The notes under the pieces were generated by a model that was not told the origin of the DNA, did not search any database, and saw nothing but the letters and a program-made list of their open reading frames with translations. The position numbers and the translations under genes are program-made. This document shows positions 20,834-29,403 of a stretch of DNA of 64,000 nucleotides, piece after piece. Each line of letters begins with the position of its first letter. Within the stretch, counting starts at the first letter, position 1. Origin of the DNA: Planctomycetota bacterium (GTDB lineage: Bacteria; Planctomycetota; UBA1135; UBA2386); contig OZ245006.1 of NCBI GenBank assembly GCA_965223545.1, forward strand, positions 6,080,001 through 6,144,000, in the 5' to 3' direction.

Positions 20834-21874
20834 ATGCACGACACCTCACCGAAGAAGCCGCTCCCCAGGACGACCCGCCGGCGCGTATCCGGCGGCGGAG
20901 CTGCCGGGGTCCGTCTCGGCCCGCTGGGCCAGGCCGCCATCCCGCAGGTCGTGCGGCCCGCGGTCGACGGCACCGATCTGCTGGCCTGGGCCACCGCCAA
21001 CCTCGACACCCTCGACGGTTGGCTGCTGCAGCACCGCGCGCTGTTGTTCCGCGGGTTCGGCGTGCGCGCGGTCGAGCAGTTCGAGCAGTTCGTGCGCGCG
21101 ACATCCGACGGCAACCTGCTCGAATACCGCGACCGCACCACGCCGCGCACCACCGAGGGCAATCGCATCTACACCGCCACGGTGCACCCGGCCGACCAGC
21201 GCATCAACCCGCACAACGAAGGCACGTATTGGACGCGGTGGCCGCAGAAGCTGTACTTCTGCTGCCTCACCGCGCCGCGCAGCGGCGGCCAGACGCCGAT
21301 CTGCGACGTGCGCCGGGTCTATGAGCGCATCCCCGCCGAGGTGCGCGCGCCGTTCGAGGCCAAGGGCTTCATGCTGGTGCGCAACTACAACGACGGCTTC
21401 GGCCTGCCGTGGCAGGAGGTGTTCCAGACCGAGGACAAGGCGGAGGTCGAGAGCTTCTGCCGCGCCAACGACATCGAGTTCGAGTGGAAGTCCGGTGGCC
21501 GGCTGCGCACGACCCAGGTGCGGCCGTGCGTGCGCACGCATCCGCGCACGAATGAGAAGGTATGGTTCAACCACGCGGTGTTCTACCACTCCACCACGCT
21601 GGACCCGGCGACGCGGGAGGCCCTGGTCGGCGAGTTCGGCGAGAGCGGCCTGCCCTACAGCACTTGCTACGGCGACGGCTCGCCGATTCCGGCCGATGCC
21701 GCCGCCGCGGTGCGCGCCGCCTACGCCGCTGAGACGACGATGTTCTCGTGGCAGCCGGGCGACGTGATGCTGCTCGACAACATGAGCGTCGCGCACGCGC
21801 GCGAGCCCTACGAGGGCGAGCGCATGGTGCTGGTGTCGATGACCGACGCGATGGGCGACGGGGACGCGGCATGA
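20834..21874 (+). CDS. TauD/TfdA-family Fe(II)/2-oxoglutarate dioxygenase, SyrP-like
   Basis: LLFRGF, HNE metal motif, WFNH and WQPGDVMLLDNMSVAHAR. Start ATG 20834; stop overlaps the NRPS start. Confidence 0.9.
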   Translation: MHDTSPKKPLPRTTRRRVSGGGAAGVRLGPLGQAAIPQVVRPAVDGTDLLAWATANLDTLDGWLLQHRALLFRGFGVRAVEQFEQFVRATSDGNLLEYRDRTTPRTTEGNRIYTATVHPADQRINPHNEGTYWTRWPQKLYFCCLTAPRSGGQTPICDVRRVYERIPAEVRAPFEAKGFMLVRNYNDGFGLPWQEVFQTEDKAEVESFCRANDIEFEWKSGGRLRTTQVRPCVRTHPRTNEKVWFNHAVFYHSTTLDPATREALVGEFGESGLPYSTCYGDGSPIPADAAAAVRAAYAAETTMFSWQPGDVMLLDNMSVAHAREPYEGERMVLVSMTDAMGDGDAA

Positions 21875-24800
21875 CCGAGGTGACGCAGGCCAACGCGGTC
21901 GAGGGCTTTCGGCTATCGCCGCAGCAGCGCGATCTCTGGCGCCAGCAGATGGCGGCGGGTGCGGCCGCGTTCGCGGCGAGTGCTGCGGTCGAGATCGAAG
22001 GCGCGATCGACGCGGAGCGGCTGGCGCGCGCGCTGGAGGTGGTGGTCGGCCGTTACGAGATCTTGCGCACCGGCTTCCACAGCGTGGCGGGGGCGAGCCT
22101 GCCGGTGCAGGTGATCGGCGAGGCGGGTGGTGTCTCGGTCGCGGCGGAGCCGGTGACGGCGCCGTGGGCGGACGCAGCGGCTCTGCGGAAACCGCCGTTG
22201 TTGCATATCGCCTTGCAGCCCGCCGGCGATCGCAGCCGCCTGACGCTCACCGTTCCCGCCCTGTGTGCCGACGCGATCGGCTTGCACAACACCGTGGCCG
22301 CCTTGGCGGCGGTCTACTCCGGTGCCGAGGACGGCGACGAGCCGCTGCAGTACGCGGATCTCGCCGAATGGCAGAACGAGCTGCTGGAGGACGCCGACGC
22401 GCGCGCGTTCTCGCTGCGGGTGGCCGACGCCCGCGCGACCCTACCCGGCGTTCGTGCCGGGGCGGCCACCGCGGCGCAGGACGTGCTCCGGCAGGCGTTG
22501 CCGGCGGAGCTCGGCCAGGCGCTCGCCGCTGTGGCCGAACGGCGGCGGACGACGGTCGAGGTGGTCTGTCTGGCGGGCTTCGCCGCGCTGGTGCACCGTT
22601 TGACCGGGCGCGAGCAAGTCTTGCTCGGCGCGCGCGCCGATGGCCGCGCCTACGAGGGCCTCGATCGCGCCATCGGCCTGTTCGCGCGCGACGTCCCGGT
22701 CTCGGTGTTCGTCGATGGCGAGCGACCGTTCGCCGCGGTGGTCGACGATGCCGCCGCGGCGTGGAGCTCGGCGGGCGAGCGCGTCGAGCAGTTCTCGTGG
22801 GAGCGCGTGGAGGATGCCACCGAGGCGCCGTACTTCGCGCTGGCGTTCGCCGCCGAGGATCGCTCGCAGGTGTTCGCGGTTGGCGATGCCCGGTGGACCG
22901 TTGTCGGGACACGCGCGCACACGCAGCACGCCGACGTCCGCGTGCTGGTCGTGCGCGATGTCGATGGCTGGGCGATGGAGCTGCACGGCGACGCGGCGCG
23001 GGTCGATCGTGCCGCGGCGGCGCGCTGGCTCGACCAGCTGATCGCGCTGCTGGCGCACGCCGCGGACGAGGTCGACACCCCGGTCGGCGCGCTTCGCCTG
23101 CTCGATGCAAACGCCGCCGCCGACATGCTGCGCCGCTTCAACGCGGCCACAGCGCCCGTCGATACCGACCGCACCATCCACGCCACGATCGAGGCCGCGG
23201 TCGACCGTGACCCGAACGCGGTGGCCGTGCAGGCCGTCGACGGCGCCCTGACCTATGGCGAGCTCGAGCGCCGGGCCAACCAGGTCGCGCACCTGCTGCG
23301 CGACCTCGGCGTCGGAGTGGACGACCGCGTGGGCCTGTGCCTGGAGCGCTCGGCGTCGATGCTGGTCGGGCTGCTCGGCATCCTCAAGGCGGGCGCGGGC
23401 TACGTGCCGCTCGATCCGGGTTATCCGCGCGACCGGCTGGCGTTCTTGCTGGCCGACAGCGGCGCCCGCGCAGTGGTCACCGACGCCGCGGGTGCCATGG
23501 CGCTGCCGCCGCACGAAGTCGCGACGTTGTGCTTGGATGGGGATGCCGAGCGGCTGGCCGCGGCCAGTGCCGATCGGCCGCAGCCGGTGGCGGCCGCCGA
23601 TCATCTGGCGTACGTGATCTACACCTCGGGCTCGACCGGCACGCCGAAGGGCGTCGAGATCACGCATCGCACGCTGCTGCACTCGACCCTGGCGCGCGAG
23701 GCGGTCTACCCCGAGGCGCCCGGGCGCTATCTGTTGGTGTCGAGCTACGCCTTCGACAGCTCGGTCGCCGGTTTGTTCTGGACCGCGGTCAGCGGCGGGG
23801 CGCTGGTGCTGCCGGGCCAGGGGCTGGAGCGCGACCTGCGCGCGCTGCGCCAGCTGATCGATACCCACGCGGTGACCCACACCCTGATGCTGCCGTCGCT
23901 GTACACGACCTTGCTGCGGGAGACCGGCGGTGAGGGCATGCGGTCGTTGCGCTGCGTGATCGTCGCCGGTGAGGCGTGCTCGCGCGACACCGTCGATCTG
24001 CACCACGAGCTGCTGCCGGATGCGGGCTTGTGGAACGAGTACGGGCCCACCGAGGGCACGGTGTGGGCGACCGTCCACCATTGCGTGGCGGCCGACGAGG
24101 CCGCCCGCGTGCCGATCGGCGTGCCGATCCGCAACGTCCAGGCCTACGTGCTCGACGCGGCCGGTGGGCCGCTGCCGGTGGGTGTGCCGGGCGAGCTCTA
24201 CATCGGCGGTGACGGTCTGGCGCGCGGCTACCTCGGGCGGCCGGAGCTGACCGCCGAGCGGTTCGTGCGCAACCACCTGGCGGAGACGCCGGGCGATCGG
24301 CTGTACCGAACCGGTGACCTGGTTTGCCGCCGTGACGACGGCGCGCTCGACTTCCTCGGCCGCGTCGACCACCAGGTCAAGGTGCGTGGCTATCGCATCG
24401 AGCTCGAAGAGGTCGAGGCCGCCCTGGTCGAGCTCGACGGCATCGCCGAGGCCGCAGTGGCGGCACCGACGGCGGACGACGGCGCCGCGCGCCTGGTCGG
24501 CTACGTCGTGCCGGCCGCCGGCAGCACGCCGTCCACCGCGGCGATCGCCGATGCGCTGCGGGCGGCGCTGCCCGACTACATGGTGCCCGCGCAGTGGGTC
24601 GTTCTCGACGCGCTGCCGCTCAACCCCAACGGCAAGGTCGATCGCGCCGCCTTGCCCGAGCCCGCCGACGGTGCTGTCGACCGGCCCACTTACGCCGCGC
24701 CGCAGGGGGCGGTGGAGACGGTGCTCGCCGAGCTCTGGGCGGACGTCTTGCAAGTGGAGTCGGTCGGGCGCGAGGACAATTTCTTCCAGCTCGGCGGCCA

Positions 24801-25032
24801 CTCGCTGTTGGTGACCCAGCTGGTGTTCCGCGTGCGCGATACGCTGGGCGTGGAGATGCCGCTGCGCTTGGCGTTCGAGGCGCCCACGCTGGCGGCGCTC
24901 GGCGAAGCGCTGCTGGCCGATCCCGACCGCCGCGCCCGTGCAGAGAAGGCGGCCGCCCTGATCGAGCAGCTGTCGGCCATGTCGGAAGACGAGGTCGATG
25001 CCATGCTCGAGAGCGAGGATCGGCCGGACTGA
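21871..25032 (+). CDS. NRPS: degenerate C (interface-like) - A - T
   Basis: N-terminal EGFRLSPQQ; C-domain motif degraded to PALCADA; A core motifs YTSGSTGTPKG, EYGPTE, YRTGD; T domain LGGHSL. Confidence 0.93.
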   Translation: MTEVTQANAVEGFRLSPQQRDLWRQQMAAGAAAFAASAAVEIEGAIDAERLARALEVVVGRYEILRTGFHSVAGASLPVQVIGEAGGVSVAAEPVTAPWADAAALRKPPLLHIALQPAGDRSRLTLTVPALCADAIGLHNTVAALAAVYSGAEDGDEPLQYADLAEWQNELLEDADARAFSLRVADARATLPGVRAGAATAAQDVLRQALPAELGQALAAVAERRRTTVEVVCLAGFAALVHRLTGREQVLLGARADGRAYEGLDRAIGLFARDVPVSVFVDGERPFAAVVDDAAAAWSSAGERVEQFSWERVEDATEAPYFALAFAAEDRSQVFAVGDARWTVVGTRAHTQHADVRVLVVRDVDGWAMELHGDAARVDRAAAARWLDQLIALLAHAADEVDTPVGALRLLDANAAADMLRRFNAATAPVDTDRTIHATIEAAVDRDPNAVAVQAVDGALTYGELERRANQVAHLLRDLGVGVDDRVGLCLERSASMLVGLLGILKAGAGYVPLDPGYPRDRLAFLLADSGARAVVTDAAGAMALPPHEVATLCLDGDAERLAAASADRPQPVAAADHLAYVIYTSGSTGTPKGVEITHRTLLHSTLAREAVYPEAPGRYLLVSSYAFDSSVAGLFWTAVSGGALVLPGQGLERDLRALRQLIDTHAVTHTLMLPSLYTTLLRETGGEGMRSLRCVIVAGEACSRDTVDLHHELLPDAGLWNEYGPTEGTVWATVHHCVAADEAARVPIGVPIRNVQAYVLDAAGGPLPVGVPGELYIGGDGLARGYLGRPELTAERFVRNHLAETPGDRLYRTGDLVCRRDDGALDFLGRVDHQVKVRGYRIELEEVEAALVELDGIAEAAVAAPTADDGAARLVGYVVPAAGSTPSTAAIADALRAALPDYMVPAQWVVLDALPLNPNGKVDRAALPEPADGAVDRPTYAAPQGAVETVLAELWADVLQVESVGREDNFFQLGGHSLLVTQLVFRVRDTLGVEMPLRLAFEAPTLAALGEALLADPDRRARAEKAAALIEQLSAMSEDEVDAMLESEDRPD

Positions 25033-25052
25033 GGCGTCCGCGCAGAGGCACG

Positions 25053-25856
25053 ATGAATCCGTTCTTCTTCGGCAGCTCCGAGCGGCAGCTGTTCGGCGTT
25101 CACCACCCACCAGAACGCGGCGGTGTGCGCGACAGCGCGGTGCTGATTTGCCCGCCGTTCGGCGCCGAGCACATCGCGGCCCACCGCGCGCTGCAGCAGC
25201 TCGCCGCTCGGCTGGCGCGGGGTGGCTTCCACGTGCTGCGCTTCGACTACTCGTGCACCGGCGATTCCGCGGGTGACGGCGAGGAGGCGCGCTTCGACGA
25301 TTGGGTCGCCGACGTCGGCACCGCGGCGCAAGAGCTGCGGGACACGAGCGGTGCGTCCAAGCTCAGCGTCGTCGGTCTGCGGCTGGGGGCGACCAGCGCG
25401 GCGGTGGCAGCGGCTGCCGGCGGGCTGGGTCCGCTGCACGCCTGCGTGCTGTGGGAGCCCATCGTCGATGGGGACGCCTATCTGCAGTGGTTGGCCGAGC
25501 GGCAGGCCGACTGGGTGCGGCGCACCTACCCCAAGCCCAAGCCGCAGACGCTCCAATGGCGGGTGCCCGAAGTGCTCGGCTTTCCACTGCCGGTGGCGCT
25601 GCAGGACGCGCTGCGCGCGCAGCGCCTGACCGATTTGGCCGCCTCGCCCGCACCGCGCGTGTTGTTGGTGACCAACGAGGGCACGGCGGCGGCCGAGCCG
25701 CTGCGCGCCGCGCTCGATGGCTCGGGCGCGGCGGTCGAATTGCGCGATGTTGCCGCCGAGCCGTGCTGGGTCGGCCACGCCGGTGGCACGATCGCGCTGG
25801 TGCCGGTCGAGGTCCAGCAGTCGATCGCTGCCTGGCTCGGGGAGGCGCACGGGTGA
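25053..25856 (+). CDS. Alpha/beta hydrolase-fold protein with a GLRLG elbow (no nucleophile)
   Basis: LICPPFG, LRFDYSCTGDSAG, VGLRLGA and LWEPIVDG motifs; resembles the exosortase-associated hydrolase-2 type. Confidence 0.82.
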   Translation: MNPFFFGSSERQLFGVHHPPERGGVRDSAVLICPPFGAEHIAAHRALQQLAARLARGGFHVLRFDYSCTGDSAGDGEEARFDDWVADVGTAAQELRDTSGASKLSVVGLRLGATSAAVAAAAGGLGPLHACVLWEPIVDGDAYLQWLAERQADWVRRTYPKPKPQTLQWRVPEVLGFPLPVALQDALRAQRLTDLAASPAPRVLLVTNEGTAAAEPLRAALDGSGAAVELRDVAAEPCWVGHAGGTIALVPVEVQQSIAAWLGEAHG

Positions 25857-26755
25857 GGGAGGCCGTCGTTCGCTTCGGTGCGCAGAAGTCGCTGGTCGGT
25901 GTGGTCACCGATCCGGAAAACGGCACCGCCACCGGCGGGCTCGGTTGCGTGTTCTTGAACGCTGGCTTCACGCCGCGCATCGGGCCGCAGCGGCTGTCGG
26001 TTCTGCTCGCCCGTCGGCTGGCGGCGATCGGCATTCCCGCTCTGCGGTTCGACTTCTCCGGCATCGGCGACAGTCCGAGTCGGCAGGACAACATGTCGTT
26101 TGCCGACAGCACGGTGTCGGAGACCCAAGAAGCGATGAGTCTGCTCGCCGCCACGCGCGGGGTGCAGCACTTCGTCTTGATCGGTGTCTGTTGGGGCGCC
26201 GACAACGCGCTGCGCGTCAGTCAGGTCGACGAACGCGTCGTCGGGGTCGGCGCAGTCGACTTCTACGCGCTGTTCTCGATGCGGTATCTGGTGCGTACCC
26301 ACCGCGGCCGGTTGGCGGATCCGCGCAGCTGGTGGCGGTTGTTGCGCGGCGCCAGTCCGGCGATCGGCCGCGCGCTCGGTGGCCTGCTCGAACTGGCCAA
26401 GCAGCGGCGCGCGGCGCGTGGCGACACCTCGGGGGACCTGCTGCCCGTCAAAGCGCCGGCGACCGTCGTCGCCGAGCTGCGCGCGGGCATCGAACGCGGG
26501 GTCGAGATGTGCTTCGTGTATGCGCGCGGGGCTCCGAGCTACGATCAATACGTGATGAACTTCGCCGCGCCGATGCGCGATCTGGAGGGGCCGGGCCGAC
26601 TGCGCATCGAGCTGTTCGATGACGCGGACCACGTGTTCACTCTGCTGAGCAACCAAGGCGCGTTGATGGACGCGCTCGTGGAATGGACCCGGCAGCTGGC
26701 GGCGCGCCGCGCCGCCGCGGGCGGCCCGACGGTGTCGGAGTCGTTGACTCACTGA
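25853..26755 (+). CDS. Alpha/beta hydrolase with a Cys nucleophile (GVCWG); putative aminoacyl transferase
   Basis: FLNAG, LRFDFSGIGDS, IGVCWGAD and DADHVFT motifs; GTG overlaps the previous stop. Confidence 0.82.
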   Translation: MREAVVRFGAQKSLVGVVTDPENGTATGGLGCVFLNAGFTPRIGPQRLSVLLARRLAAIGIPALRFDFSGIGDSPSRQDNMSFADSTVSETQEAMSLLAATRGVQHFVLIGVCWGADNALRVSQVDERVVGVGAVDFYALFSMRYLVRTHRGRLADPRSWWRLLRGASPAIGRALGGLLELAKQRRAARGDTSGDLLPVKAPATVVAELRAGIERGVEMCFVYARGAPSYDQYVMNFAAPMRDLEGPGRLRIELFDDADHVFTLLSNQGALMDALVEWTRQLAARRAAAGGPTVSESLTH

Positions 26756-26766
26756 GGCGGAGGGCA

Positions 26767-29325
26767 GTGCGCTTGAGCTCGTTGATCGAGTCGCGGTCGA
26801 GTGACACGGCGCCGCTTTCGTTCGCGCAGCGGCGGATCTGGTTCCTGTCGCAGATCGAGGATGCGGCCCCGGCCTACAACATGCCCGTGCAGTTGCGCGT
26901 GCGGGGCTCGTTGGACACAGCAGCGCTCGACACTGCGCTGGCCGGCGTCGTGCGGCGCCACCGGGTTTTGCGCAGCCGGATCGTGCGCGATGGCGAGCAG
27001 CTCCTGCAGGTCACCCAGCCGCCGCTGTCGAGCGTGCTGCAGGTCGTCGACCTGCGCGGTGCGCGGGATCCGGAGCAGGAGGTGCGCGCGATCGCCCGGG
27101 CCGAGGCCGGTCAGGTGTTCGATCTCGAGGCGGGTTCGTCGCATCGCTTCGTGCTGGCGCGCGTCGCCGACGAAGACTGGGTGTTGCTGCTGACGTTGTC
27201 GCACCTGGTCGCCGACGGCTGGTCGGTCGGCGTCCTCTTGCACGAGGTCTCGGTGGGCTATGCCGCGGCGCGGCGGGGGGTGGCCGCCGAGCTACCGGAG
27301 CTGGCGCTCCAGTACGGCGAGTTCGCCGCCTGGCAGCGCGACCACCTCGGTCGCGTGACGTTGCAAGAGGAGTTGGACTACTGGCGGCGACAGCTGGCGG
27401 ATCTGCCGGTGCTGCGTTTGCCGAGCGACCACCCCCGCCCCGAGCGGCAGACCTTCGTCGGCCGACAGCTGCGTTTTCGGATCGATGCGGAGCTGGCGGG
27501 GGCAGTGCGACGGCTGGCGGGCGAGTGCCGGGCGACGTTCGGCATGACGCTGCTGGCCGCCTTCCAAGCGTTGCTGTCGCGGTGGAGTGGCCAGCTGGAC
27601 TTCGCGGTGGGAACGCCGGTGGCCAACCGCCAGCCGCCGGAGACCGAGCCGCTGATCGGGCTGTTCTTGAACAACCTCGTGCTGCGCGCCGACCTGCGGG
27701 GCGAGCCGTCGTTTGCGGAAGTCGTGCGGCGTACCGCGGCGACCATGGTGGTTGCCATGGAGCACCAGCAGCTGCCGTTCGAAGAGCTCGTCGCGGCGCT
27801 GCGGCCCCCGCGCGACTTGGGCCGGAGTCCGCTGTTCGACGTGATGTTCAACTTCCTGAGCGAACCGCACGTCGACGCTCAGCTGGCGGGGGTCGCGGTG
27901 GAGGAGTTCGGCTTCGAGGGATTCACTGCCAAGTTGGACCTGACCCTGGGGCTGCGCCCGCGCGAGGACGGCATCGAGGGGGTGGTCGAGTACAACAGCG
28001 ACCTGTTCGACGAGGCCACCGTCGAGGCCATGCGCGACGAGTACTTGGCTGTGCTGCGCGCGGTGACCGCCGACCCGGAGATTGCGTTGGCACGGCTCCC
28101 GGTGCGCGGCGTGGCGGCAGCCTTGCCGACTCCCGCGCCGGCCGAGGTGGCGGCTCCGGCTCCTCCGCGCGGCCCGATCCAGCGCTTCTTGGCCAAGCTC
28201 TGGTGCGAGGTGTTGGAGCTCGACGAGGTGTCGGTGCACGACAACTTCTTCGACCTCGGCGGCCACTCGCTGCTGGCGATGCGCGTCGCGGTCCGCATCG
28301 AGGAGCGGTTGGGCGTTCGCGTGCAGCCGATGGAGCTCCTGGTCAACACCCTCGAGCAAATGGCGCGCCGGTGTTCGGTGCCCGCATCCGCCCCGGCGTC
28401 TGCGCAACCGACCGTGGCTGTCGAGGCGGCTCCGGTCGCCGTCGCCGCGGCCACCGGGGCGGCGATGGTCGATGGCGAGATCCGCGAGACGGCGGTGTCG
28501 TTCGGTCCCGCTGGCAGCGTCGTCGGGGTGCTCGCCGAGCCGGCCGACGAGGAGCTGCGCCGGGGGGTCGGAGTCACCCTGCTCAACGCCGGCGCCACGC
28601 CGAGGCTCGGGCCGCAGCGATTGTCGGTCAAGATCGCGCGCCGCTTGGCGCGGCTGGGCTATTGCTCGCTGCGCTTCGACTACAGCGGCATCGGCGACAG
28701 CCCGAGCCAGCGCGACGGTCTCTCCTACCAGGAGCGCGGCGTGCAGGAAGTGCGCCAGGCGTTCGACTTCCTCGCCGAGGCGCGCGGCGTGCCCGCGTTC
28801 GTGCCGATGGGGATGTGTTGGGGGGCCGACAACTCGATGCGCACGGCGCTCGCCGACCCGCGCGTCGCGGGCGCGCTGCTGTTCGATTTCTACGCCCGCC
28901 CCTCAGCGCGCTACTTGACGCGCCTCTACGCCCGAAGGCTGCTTTCACCGCACAGCTGGCGCAACTTCGTCGGCGGCAAGAGCTCGGTGCTGCGCTACCT
29001 GGTCGAAGCCGTGCAGCACCGCACCCGAGGCGACCGCGTCGACGTCGAGGACCCGTTCGCCGTCCCCGAGCCGACCGAGGCCGACTTCGCCACTCTGGTC
29101 GAGCGCGGCGTGCGGCTGTGTCTCGTCTACGCCAACGGCGCTCCATCGTACGACCACTACCGCTACCGGTTCCGCCCGTGGCTGGAACGCCATCCACAAT
29201 CGATCCAAGTGCGGCTGCTACCCAACGCCGACCACCTGGTCACCCTGCTCGCCAACCAGGACGCCTTCGTCGAGATCATCGCCACCTGGATGCAAGACCA
29301 AGCCGCCGCCGACCCACGCTTCTGA
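26767..29325 (+). CDS. A-less NRPS module: C - T - Cys-type alpha/beta hydrolase
   Basis: PLSFAQRRIWFL, SHLVADGWS, T domain FFDLGGHSL, then a GMCWGAD...NADHLVT hydrolase. RBS GGAGG before GTG 26767. Confidence 0.9.
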   Translation: MRLSSLIESRSSDTAPLSFAQRRIWFLSQIEDAAPAYNMPVQLRVRGSLDTAALDTALAGVVRRHRVLRSRIVRDGEQLLQVTQPPLSSVLQVVDLRGARDPEQEVRAIARAEAGQVFDLEAGSSHRFVLARVADEDWVLLLTLSHLVADGWSVGVLLHEVSVGYAAARRGVAAELPELALQYGEFAAWQRDHLGRVTLQEELDYWRRQLADLPVLRLPSDHPRPERQTFVGRQLRFRIDAELAGAVRRLAGECRATFGMTLLAAFQALLSRWSGQLDFAVGTPVANRQPPETEPLIGLFLNNLVLRADLRGEPSFAEVVRRTAATMVVAMEHQQLPFEELVAALRPPRDLGRSPLFDVMFNFLSEPHVDAQLAGVAVEEFGFEGFTAKLDLTLGLRPREDGIEGVVEYNSDLFDEATVEAMRDEYLAVLRAVTADPEIALARLPVRGVAAALPTPAPAEVAAPAPPRGPIQRFLAKLWCEVLELDEVSVHDNFFDLGGHSLLAMRVAVRIEERLGVRVQPMELLVNTLEQMARRCSVPASAPASAQPTVAVEAAPVAVAAATGAAMVDGEIRETAVSFGPAGSVVGVLAEPADEELRRGVGVTLLNAGATPRLGPQRLSVKIARRLARLGYCSLRFDYSGIGDSPSQRDGLSYQERGVQEVRQAFDFLAEARGVPAFVPMGMCWGADNSMRTALADPRVAGALLFDFYARPSARYLTRLYARRLLSPHSWRNFVGGKSSVLRYLVEAVQHRTRGDRVDVEDPFAVPEPTEADFATLVERGVRLCLVYANGAPSYDHYRYRFRPWLERHPQSIQVRLLPNADHLVTLLANQDAFVEIIATWMQDQAAADPRF

Positions 29326-29326
29326 A

Positions 29327-29400
29327 GTACGGAGTCCGGCTCGATTTTCTCGCTTGGCGGCGGTAGCCGCCAAGCGAGAAAATCGAGCCGGACTCCGTAC
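29327..29400. repeat. Perfect 35-bp inverted repeat with a 4-nt loop between convergent genes
   Basis: 29327-29361 is the exact reverse complement of 29366-29400; loop GGTA. Confidence 0.92.
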
Positions 29401-29403
29401 GTG

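Noticed and set aside
22441..25110. 889-aa minus-strand ORF
   Set aside because: Antisense frame of the NRPS gene.
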